This document shows, piece after piece, positions 38,511-46,570 of a stretch of 64,000 bases of DNA. Source of the stretch: an uncultured Ignavibacteria bacterium (GTDB lineage: Bacteria > Bacteroidota > Ignavibacteria > Tepidaquicellales > OLB5); NCBI GenBank assembly GCA_947084945.1, contig CAMTUP010000011.1:22945-86944 (forward strand). The letters run 5' to 3'. The notes below the pieces were generated by a model that was not told the DNA's origin, searched no databases, and saw only the letters and a list, made by a program, of their open reading frames with translations. The position numbers were made by a program, and so were the translations under genes. How positions within the stretch are numbered: position 1 is the first letter of the stretch; each line of letters opens with the position of its first letter.

Positions 38511-40973
38511 TTACAGGTTACCCGTGATAATTTTTTCAATTTTTTGTGAATATTCCTTTACAAGTTGTTTTGCTCGTTTGAGCGTTTTTGCTTCTGCATT
38601 TACGTGGAAAATTTCACGTTCGCTATCGGGAATACACAGCACCCAGGTAAATTCATCAAAGAAAATTTTGATACCGTCAATCATCTGCCGCTTCTTTCCT
38701 TCGGAATCTTCGACAAGTTTACGCATTATTTTCCCTTTCTGATCAAGTGTGCAGGGAACATTATATTTAGCCATATGAAGCAGCGGGGTTTTCTTTTCTA
38801 TTTCACTTAATGTTTTATGAGACCTTGCAACAAGTTCTAGTATCTTCATTATAGAAAACATTCCATCAGTTGCAAACGAAAACTCAGGAAATATTACACC
38901 GCCTTTTGTTCCACCGGCAAGCTCTACATCAGGATCGGCAGTTGCATTCATTATAGCAAAGTGAGAATCTTTTACCCTGACAATATCGGTGAAGTATTTC
39001 TTTGCAACAATATCAATTTCACCAGAAGCCTGAATAGGGATTGCAATTTTTTTTGTTTTAGGATATAAACTCAGATACATATATACCACAAGGCTTAGGA
39101 ACCTATCGTAACTTAATATTTTTCCTGTATCATCAACAAGATAGATCTTTTCACCACCTGCATCAATTAGAAATCCTGCATCATATTTTAACGATGTAAC
39201 TATATATGAAAGCTGCTGTAGAGCAGTTTTAAATTCTTCGGGTGAGCGGGATTGTTTTGAAGGATCAAGGTGTGAATCAAGGGTAACAAGCTCTATATTA
39301 AAATCACCTACTAAATCTGGTAGGATGGTTGAAGTTATTCCGTGAGAGAAGTTAATAGCTATCTGGAACCTCCTGCGGTTAATAATATCTTTATTAAGCA
39401 TAGATTTGAAACGTTCTTTATAGCTTTCGTAAGTTCTTTCGGCATAATTAATTGAGCCTATTTTATCAAAAGGTATAGGGCGTGCATCATTTGATATCAC
39501 AAGACGCTCGATTGATTTTATCTTTGCCGAAGAAAGATCTTTGCCGTTGGAGTCAAAAAAAATGATGTCGCATTTTGAGGAATCAAAAGGTGATTTACGG
39601 ACAAAAATACCAAAAGTGGCTTTATCAATATTAAGCTCTCGTCTTAAAATCGGGATTGGCGTTGTCTGGTAATCAAGCACAGTAACTCCGCTTGAAAGAA
39701 GTCCGCTTGTAATAGCGCCCTTTATCATAAGTGATACATTATCAATATCTCTTGAGATGAGAATTTTTGACCCAAGTCCGGCAAACACACCAAAAGCCAT
39801 TCCAAGTTTTGCACTAAAATCAGGGGTTATCTCTATGTTTGAAAGTCCGGTTATGCGTGAATCGGTAAACAGTGTATCTTTCCATCTTTCTTCCCAGATA
39901 AGGTTTTTTGTAACAACAGAATTGCTATCAACTGTTTTTTGGGGCCATATCTTAACATCGCTTCTTATGGTTACATTATTACCAATAACAACATTGCTGC
40001 CAATAAACACATTATCATTTATCCTGCAGTTTAGTTTTATTTTTACGTTGTTGCAAACAACAACATGGTTTAAGCGCGAGTTTTCTTCAATAACAGAATT
40101 GTTCCACAAAATGGAATCCTTTACAACAGCCCCCGGAGCAATATAACATTTAGAACCAATAACAGAATTTATTACTTTGGCATTACGTGATATTTTTGCA
40201 TTAGAAGCAACAATACTTCCATTTTTCAATAAACCTTTTGCCAGAGGTAAATTTATTTTCCCTTTTAGAGCTTCGAGGTTGGTTTTTATATAATCATCAA
40301 GCGAGCCAACATCACGCCAGTATCCGTTAAGTGTAGCTCCGTATAAAGGCATTTTGTTTTTCAGCAGGTACGGAAAGAGGTCTTTGGAAAAATCGCAATC
40401 AGTTTTACTTCCGCGTGCTTTTGGTACAAGGCTCAGAGTTTCTTTTTCAAGAACGTAAATTCCTGTGTTGATGGTATCGCTAAAAACTTCGCTCCAGGTA
40501 GGTTTTTCGAAGAACTTGGTGATCTTTCCTTCGGAATCGGTCAACACAATTCCAAACTGGAGCGGGTTCTTGGAGCGGGTTAATACAAGTGTAGATACAG
40601 ATTTTTTTCTTTCGTGGAATTTGACGGCTTGTGAGAGATTAAAATCAGTTACTACATCACCGCTTATAATTATAAAGCGGTCATTGATAAGCTCATATCC
40701 GCAATAAACAGCGCCGGCTGTGCCATAATCAGCATCAGGTTTAACATATTGAATTTTAACCCCGAATTTTTTGCCGTCTTTAAAATAATCGCGGATAATT
40801 TCTGCCTGATGGTAAAGTATCATTATAATATCAGTGATCTCATGTTTTTTGAGTAGTTCAATGATATGCTCAATGATGGGCTTATTTAAAAGCGGTGTCA
40901 TTGGTTTTGGAATATTTGCCGTGAGCGGTCTAAGCCTGGTGCCAAATCCGCCTGCCATTACAACTGCTTGCAT
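38511..40973 (-). CDS. Mannose-1-phosphate guanylyltransferase fused to a phosphomannomutase-like domain
   Basis: AVVMAGGFGTRLRPLT..PKP, FFEKP, INTGIY, DFSKDLFP, YWRDVG, hexapeptide repeats, then a PGM/PMM-like region. Confidence 0.9.
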   Translation of the reverse strand: MQAVVMAGGFGTRLRPLTANIPKPMTPLLNKPIIEHIIELLKKHEITDIIMILYHQAEIIRDYFKDGKKFGVKIQYVKPDADYGTAGAVYCGYELINDRFIIISGDVVTDFNLSQAVKFHERKKSVSTLVLTRSKNPLQFGIVLTDSEGKITKFFEKPTWSEVFSDTINTGIYVLEKETLSLVPKARGSKTDCDFSKDLFPYLLKNKMPLYGATLNGYWRDVGSLDDYIKTNLEALKGKINLPLAKGLLKNGSIVASNAKISRNAKVINSVIGSKCYIAPGAVVKDSILWNNSVIEENSRLNHVVVCNNVKIKLNCRINDNVFIGSNVVIGNNVTIRSDVKIWPQKTVDSNSVVTKNLIWEERWKDTLFTDSRITGLSNIEITPDFSAKLGMAFGVFAGLGSKILISRDIDNVSLMIKGAITSGLLSSGVTVLDYQTTPIPILRRELNIDKATFGIFVRKSPFDSSKCDIIFFDSNGKDLSSAKIKSIERLVISNDARPIPFDKIGSINYAERTYESYKERFKSMLNKDIINRRRFQIAINFSHGITSTILPDLVGDFNIELVTLDSHLDPSKQSRSPEEFKTALQQLSYIVTSLKYDAGFLIDAGGEKIYLVDDTGKILSYDRFLSLVVYMYLSLYPKTKKIAIPIQASGEIDIVAKKYFTDIVRVKDSHFAIMNATADPDVELAGGTKGGVIFPEFSFATDGMFSIMKILELVARSHKTLSEIEKKTPLLHMAKYNVPCTLDQKGKIMRKLVEDSEGKKRQMIDGIKIFFDEFTWVLCIPDSEREIFHVNAEAKTLKRAKQLVKEYSQKIEKIITGNL

Positions 40974-41107
40974 ATAGTATTTTCCTTTATTTATTTATAC
41001 ATCACTGACAACATAAAGTCAAGCAGTCAATGCACTCCAAAGAGAATCGAAAACAAATGCATTGAACTTAACAACTCATTTTTGCCTTTTTACTTTTGGC
41101 TTTTCAC

Positions 41108-41725
41108 TTACTTATTATCTTTCTTTTTGTTGAAGTCAAAATTTACATCTGGTACTTTATCGGTTCCCGGGGCTGATTTGAAATACTGCTTTTCCTTAAA
41201 GCCCATTATTTTTGCCGTAATTAAAGTCGGAAACCTTCTGACCAATGTATTGTATTCCTGTACTGCCTCGTTGAATTTTTTTCTTTCAACAGCTATACGG
41301 TTTTCTGTGCCTTCAAGCTGCGACTGCAATTGCAAGAAATTTTCGTTTGCCTTTAACTGCGGGTAATTTTCGACAATAACAAGTAGCCTTGATAAAGCAC
41401 CCGAAAGTTTATCCTGTGCATCCTGGAACATTTTGAATTTTTCCTCATCAGCAAGGTCATCGGTTGAAAGTTTTATCTGTCCAACTTTAGAGCGAAGCTC
41501 TGTTACCTCGATTAAAACCCCTTTTTCAAAATCAGCATAAGCCTGTACGGTTTTCACTAGATTTGGAATTAGATCAGCGCGGCGTTGATACTGGTTTTCA
41601 ACCTGCGCCCAAGCCTGGTTTATTTTTTCATCATGCTCTATCAGCGAATTATAGCCGCAACCCGATAGAGATGCGATAATTATTAAAAAAAATGATAAAC
41701 TTAGAAAATTTTTGATTTTATGCAT
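41108..41725 (-). CDS. lemA: LemA family protein
   Basis: GCGYN, WAQVENQYQRRADLIPNLV, ENYPQLKANENF..LQ.QLEGTENRI.VER..FN. Confidence 0.96.
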   Translation of the reverse strand: MHKIKNFLSLSFFLIIIASLSGCGYNSLIEHDEKINQAWAQVENQYQRRADLIPNLVKTVQAYADFEKGVLIEVTELRSKVGQIKLSTDDLADEEKFKMFQDAQDKLSGALSRLLVIVENYPQLKANENFLQLQSQLEGTENRIAVERKKFNEAVQEYNTLVRRFPTLITAKIMGFKEKQYFKSAPGTDKVPDVNFDFNKKKDNK

Positions 41726-42104
41726 ATTTTTAGTATTAATTCAAGGAAAATTACGAAAGATAGTATTGAAATACAATTTGAAAAAATTGACGGAAAAATT
41801 ACGCAATCAGGTGAGATTTTTATAGAAATTTTTAAAAAGGAAGGAAAGAAATTGAGAGTTATAATAATTTAACCCCTTAATACAGTAATTGAAAATAGAA
41901 AATCTGCTTCAGTAAATATTGAAAATCTGGTTTATCAGATAATATTAGTTAGAGTTAAAGTATCCCCTGAACAGGTGGTCTGCTATCGTAATAAATAAAC
42001 TGATTATTATGAAATTGTCAAGAAGCTGTTACTATACCCGTTATTATCATAGAACATTAAAGAATAAGGGTGTGCCAATCTTCGGATATTATCGATCCCG
42101 GTTA

Positions 42105-43541
42105 TTATTTTTTATCAAGTTCATCAATTTTTTCGAGCACCCAGTCTCCGAATTGCGTTGGTATTTCTTTCCTGAGCTTCTTTTGTATCATTTTATACTC
42201 ATCTTTATTGTTATCCAGGTAAGCTATAAGGAAGGATTTAAACACAGATATATTTGTTTTCATCATTTTCTGAGCTAATGGAGAAACGGTTTCATTCTTT
42301 ATTAATTTTGAATAGTTATCTATTGAATAATGAAGTAAATCAATTTCATTTAAATCAAACAGTAACTGCAGTTCAAGTTCCTTTATTCTTCTTTTAATCA
42401 TAAACGGAACATTGCTAATTAGTTTAATTTCTTTAAGGGACTCAGAATATTTTTTCCTGCCACAGAGAATGTGAGCGTTAGCATATCTGATTAAATCATT
42501 TTTAATTTCAGGAGAGAATGAGTTTTTGAATTTTCCTATAAATGCTTCAAGCCAATCATACTCTTTATTCCAAACGGAATAATAAACAGCGTTATCTACA
42601 GGTTGCGCAGGGATTATACCGCTTCTTCTATCAATCAATAAATCCTTATCAGCCATGAACTTCAGGAATAAAAACCTTTCGCGCAAATATTCTTTGTTAC
42701 CTTCGGTAAGCAAATCGAAAAGCAAACCTTCTATGACATAAGAAATATTTCTGGCAATTGTAGGCTCAAGTAAATAATAGTTATCGAAGAAAGATTTTTT
42801 GATTTCGTAAAAATCTCTGCTTACATAACATTTGATCATTAAGCCAAGAGTTCCAGAAAGCTCGGGATAATTATTATCAATGTATGATAAGATATAATCG
42901 CTGTCAATATTTTTAACGGTAATTGCAGAAAGACGCCTCGGATTACTTTTGTTTAATATATTTTTCATAACCCTTAAATCACGTTCTTCATTAAGCATAT
43001 TCAGATAAAAAATGAAAAAAGTATAATCAGCTCTTTTTATAACCGGGCTTTCTATTTTTTTATCATAGTTAGATTTATAAACAGACCTGACGAGGTAGTC
43101 CTGAATTGACTTTAGGAAATCGAGTTTAAAAAGATCAAAAGGTTTTGAGTCATATTCTTTAAAAGCCGAAGCTACTTCTTTCAATAACACGTCATCGCAG
43201 TTTCTTTTTTCTAATTGCCTTAACCAGCCGATTTTTTTTGCCTGCGGTGAGCTTTCGTAATCAGATTGAATCATAAATGCTTCGGCAAGCTTTGTAAAGC
43301 CGCTTAGTATAGTGTTTATTACATTTTTGTTGAACGGTTTTCCGGGGTATAGCTTAGAATATATTTTCTCGGGTTCGGGATTTATAAATCCGACATTTGT
43401 TCCGATGGTTTTAAAATGTTTAACAAGATGGGAATAATTCCTTCCCTTATTGAAATACGGCGATGCTGCAAACTTTTCAAACTCTTTCCATTCTTCTTTT
43501 GAAAAAGTTTTAAGCAGGCGTATAAGTTTAGAATCTTTCAT
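42105..43541 (-). CDS. Cytoplasmic all-helical protein, putative wHTH + TPR-like regulator
   Basis: No signal peptide; N-terminal SKLI.LLKTFSKEE..F..F..SPYFN; EKIYSKLYPG...INTILSGFTKL resembles an OmpR-type wHTH; TPR-like helices near the C-terminus. Confidence 0.55.
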   Translation of the reverse strand: MKDSKLIRLLKTFSKEEWKEFEKFAASPYFNKGRNYSHLVKHFKTIGTNVGFINPEPEKIYSKLYPGKPFNKNVINTILSGFTKLAEAFMIQSDYESSPQAKKIGWLRQLEKRNCDDVLLKEVASAFKEYDSKPFDLFKLDFLKSIQDYLVRSVYKSNYDKKIESPVIKRADYTFFIFYLNMLNEERDLRVMKNILNKSNPRRLSAITVKNIDSDYILSYIDNNYPELSGTLGLMIKCYVSRDFYEIKKSFFDNYYLLEPTIARNISYVIEGLLFDLLTEGNKEYLRERFLFLKFMADKDLLIDRRSGIIPAQPVDNAVYYSVWNKEYDWLEAFIGKFKNSFSPEIKNDLIRYANAHILCGRKKYSESLKEIKLISNVPFMIKRRIKELELQLLFDLNEIDLLHYSIDNYSKLIKNETVSPLAQKMMKTNISVFKSFLIAYLDNNKDEYKMIQKKLRKEIPTQFGDWVLEKIDELDKK

Positions 43542-43655
43542 TGAAATCCTGTTTAATAAATTTTACCCAAAATAGCTGAAATAGCTAATAAACGCAAATT
43601 ATTAATGTATCACGTTTGATTTTCTGTTTAAAATCCGCAAAAACTTTCTTTGCAG

Positions 43656-43703
43656 TGCACGGTATCAGTGTAGTATTTTCGCACTGTTGCACAATACCGT
43701 GCA
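43656..43703. promoter_or_regulatory. Nested inverted repeat in the divergent intergenic region (operator or RNA leader)
   Basis: TGCACGGTAT (43656-65) / ATACCGTGCA (43694-703) perfect 10 bp, with inner CAGTG (43666-70) / CACTG (43682-86). Confidence 0.6.
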
Positions 43704-43726
43704 TAAAATTTAAGAAGAAAATATTA

Positions 43727-43930
43727 ATGTTTGAAGAGTATAACAAACCCCAAAAACAAGAGCAACGGATAGCAAAAGGTTACAGACTAAAGATTTCAAC
43801 ACATAGCCTGATAAAGAGTTTGCAGGAATTAACGCAAGATGATGCTGATACAGTAATAACCGAATCCTGCATCTTGCTTCATAAAAAGATTATAGAAGAA
43901 AAAGAAAATAATATAAATAAAAAAAACTAA
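43727..43930 (+). CDS. 67-aa ribbon-helix-helix-like protein (ORF track begins 43616; ATG 43727 preferred)
   Basis: IAKGYRL alternating strand, helix ISTHSLIKSLQEL, turn TQDD, helix ADTVITESCILLHKK. Confidence 0.5.
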   Translation: MFEEYNKPQKQEQRIAKGYRLKISTHSLIKSLQELTQDDADTVITESCILLHKKIIEEKENNINKKN

Positions 43931-43963
43931 ATTAAACAAATCTCATCAATAAAGGATGAAATT

Positions 43964-46549
43964 ATGAGAAATCTAAAATTTAAGAAAGTAAAACAGTATC
44001 TGATAGTATTACCGATTATTGTTGTGTTGTTTATAGGGACGGCTGTAGCATATGTATCATATTATAAATCCACAGATACAGAAGTAATCGAATTTATTTC
44101 GAATAATGCAATAGAAAACCATAAAAAAACAGGCAAGAAGAAATCTTTCCAGCCACTGTTTGAACCAATGACACATGACGAATATTTAAGTATGTATAAT
44201 AATATAAAAAATATGCCGAGTGAAAATGATTATGGTGATGCACCCGTGAATTCATGGAGAAATATAGGACCTGCACCCGTAGTTTTACCACACTATACAA
44301 CTACAGCACATAACAGCGGTAAAGTAAGTGATATTGAATATCATCCGATATCAACACTCCGGGTTGCTACAGGCTCAGGCGGTTTATGGAGCGGAAGACT
44401 TGTCCTGTTTCTATATGCATTCTGGAATATTTCCTCGAATTTGCCAACACAGACTATTGGTAGTTTTTCCACACATCCATCCGACACTAGCACAATTTTT
44501 GTTGGTACGGGAGAGCCAGGTAAGTTATTTGGTTTGGGGATGTTTAAAACAACCAATGCAGGCGTGAACTGGAACCAGGTGTTAATGGATCCAGCAAATC
44601 AGACTCCTTCGGGGTTTTATAAAGTAAGATACTCGCCTGTAAATGCAAATTTAGTATTCGCGGCAACAAACTCCGGCTTCCAGGTTTCATCCAACGGGGG
44701 TAATACATGGACCAGAACAATGACCGGTGTTATAACAGATCTGGCAGTACATCCTACAAGCAGTAATATTGTATATGCAACAAGAGGCTACAGCGAAGAT
44801 CCAGGTGTGCTAAATGGATTATTCAGATCAACAAACTCAGGGGTTAATTTCACCAATATTACTCCATCAATAGGCTGCACAAACAGCCAGATGGATGATT
44901 CAAGAATTGATATATTTAAAGCAGACCCTCAAATAATCTATTTATCTATTGGTAGAGATGGTGGTCAGCTATGCAGTATTCATAAAACCACTAACGGTGG
45001 AACTAGCTGGCAAAACATTTCAGCCGGAGCTGCGAATATAGGGCAATCCAACAGGAATCATGTAATTTCAGTTTCACCGACAAACAGTAATTTGGTCATT
45101 TGGGGAACATTAGGATTACAATGGAGCACAAACGGTGGGGTAAACTGGACCATACAGGATACTATTCATGTTGATATGTGCCGCGCTGCTTGGCAGGATG
45201 GGACAAGGGTATTCCTTGGAACAGATGGTGGAATATATTTCTCTTCAAACGGAGGTAGAAGTTACTCTTCGATAGGAATTAATTATCTTTCTACTATGGA
45301 GTTTTACAGAATGGAAGCTTCCAGAAATCAGCAGGGTGTAATTATTGGCGGAACCCAAGATAATGGTACGTTATATACAACAAATTCAGGGGTAAACTGG
45401 CACACTGCCATTGGAGGAGACGGAAATGCATCAACGTTCATACCAACTAATCCTGTTCAAATGTTTGGAGTTTCTGTAGCTAATAATTCATGGTATGGTA
45501 CAACCAATACATGGGGAAGTTCATATTTCTTTAATACAGGTATAGATACGCCTAACTGGTTAGTAGATGAGGCTACAAATGACAGGAATGCACCTGTTGC
45601 ATTGTACCGCTCAACTGGCGGTTATTTATACCGGAGCGTTACTCCCTACACAAGCTGGGTAAAAATGAATGCTTCAGCATTTGTAAACAACACACTTGGT
45701 TTGGGAGTAAAGAAAAATGGTTCAGATCTGGATGTTTGGGTAACCCTGAACAAATCAACAGGAAATGATAGGGTAAAATTTTATAACGGCAGTTTCTTTG
45801 ACAGGGCAGCAGGAATACCTGAAAATAATTTTGTAAGATTTGTAACACCGAACCAGAATGTTACAAATACAGCCATTGCTGTTACAGGTATATTACAAAG
45901 CAGGCTTTTTAAGACGAATAATGAGGGTATAACATGGCGCGAAATTACCGGTAATTTTAATGCGCCAGTTTCTTACCAGGGTTTATTATTTCATCCAACA
46001 GATACAAACATTATTTATGTTGGCACCGGAGTTTTTGATTATTCTCAAAGAACGCCTGGATTTTCAATGTTCAGAACAACAAATGGCGGACAAAACTGGC
46101 ACAAATGGAATAACGGAATGGGTGAGGGCGTTATCATCTCCCAGCTTTCATTTATTGACAGCACATCAATTAACGGTAAGTTTTACGCAGTGGCTGGTTC
46201 ATACGGAAGAGGGATATGGGTCAGGGATATTAACGGAGATGACCCGATAACAGGAAATAACAATAATAATACAAATTTACCAAAACAGTATTCGTTGCAC
46301 CAAAATTATCCAAATCCGTTTAATCCATCAACCTCTATCAGATTTTCATTACCGGTAAGCGATGAAGTTACAATAGAAGTATTTGATATTTCAGGCAGGC
46401 TGGTTAATACTTTAGAGAAAAATAGAATGTTTTCTGCAGGGTCGCATTCAGTAAAATTTGATGGAAGCAATCTATCGAGTGGCGCATATTTTTATAAAGT
46501 TACTACACCTAAGTTTACCGATGTTAAAAAGATGATGTTAGTAAAATAA
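43964..46549 (+). CDS. T9SS type A sorting-domain protein with BNR/Asp-box beta-propeller (VPS10/GH74-like)
   Basis: N-terminal TM/signal, WRNIGP, more than 8 T-N-x-G-x-x-W Asp boxes, GSYGRGIW, CTD LHQNYPNPFNPST...KKMMLVK. Confidence 0.88.
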   Translation: MRNLKFKKVKQYLIVLPIIVVLFIGTAVAYVSYYKSTDTEVIEFISNNAIENHKKTGKKKSFQPLFEPMTHDEYLSMYNNIKNMPSENDYGDAPVNSWRNIGPAPVVLPHYTTTAHNSGKVSDIEYHPISTLRVATGSGGLWSGRLVLFLYAFWNISSNLPTQTIGSFSTHPSDTSTIFVGTGEPGKLFGLGMFKTTNAGVNWNQVLMDPANQTPSGFYKVRYSPVNANLVFAATNSGFQVSSNGGNTWTRTMTGVITDLAVHPTSSNIVYATRGYSEDPGVLNGLFRSTNSGVNFTNITPSIGCTNSQMDDSRIDIFKADPQIIYLSIGRDGGQLCSIHKTTNGGTSWQNISAGAANIGQSNRNHVISVSPTNSNLVIWGTLGLQWSTNGGVNWTIQDTIHVDMCRAAWQDGTRVFLGTDGGIYFSSNGGRSYSSIGINYLSTMEFYRMEASRNQQGVIIGGTQDNGTLYTTNSGVNWHTAIGGDGNASTFIPTNPVQMFGVSVANNSWYGTTNTWGSSYFFNTGIDTPNWLVDEATNDRNAPVALYRSTGGYLYRSVTPYTSWVKMNASAFVNNTLGLGVKKNGSDLDVWVTLNKSTGNDRVKFYNGSFFDRAAGIPENNFVRFVTPNQNVTNTAIAVTGILQSRLFKTNNEGITWREITGNFNAPVSYQGLLFHPTDTNIIYVGTGVFDYSQRTPGFSMFRTTNGGQNWHKWNNGMGEGVIISQLSFIDSTSINGKFYAVAGSYGRGIWVRDINGDDPITGNNNNNTNLPKQYSLHQNYPNPFNPSTSIRFSLPVSDEVTIEVFDISGRLVNTLEKNRMFSAGSHSVKFDGSNLSSGAYFYKVTTPKFTDVKKMMLVK

Positions 46550-46570
46550 AAATTAGTGTAATAAATATAA

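Noticed and set aside
42009-42278. 89-aa plus-strand ORF between lemA and the 478-aa gene
   Set aside because: Mostly antisense to the 478-aa gene, with no motif; neighbouring frames give only very short peptides.
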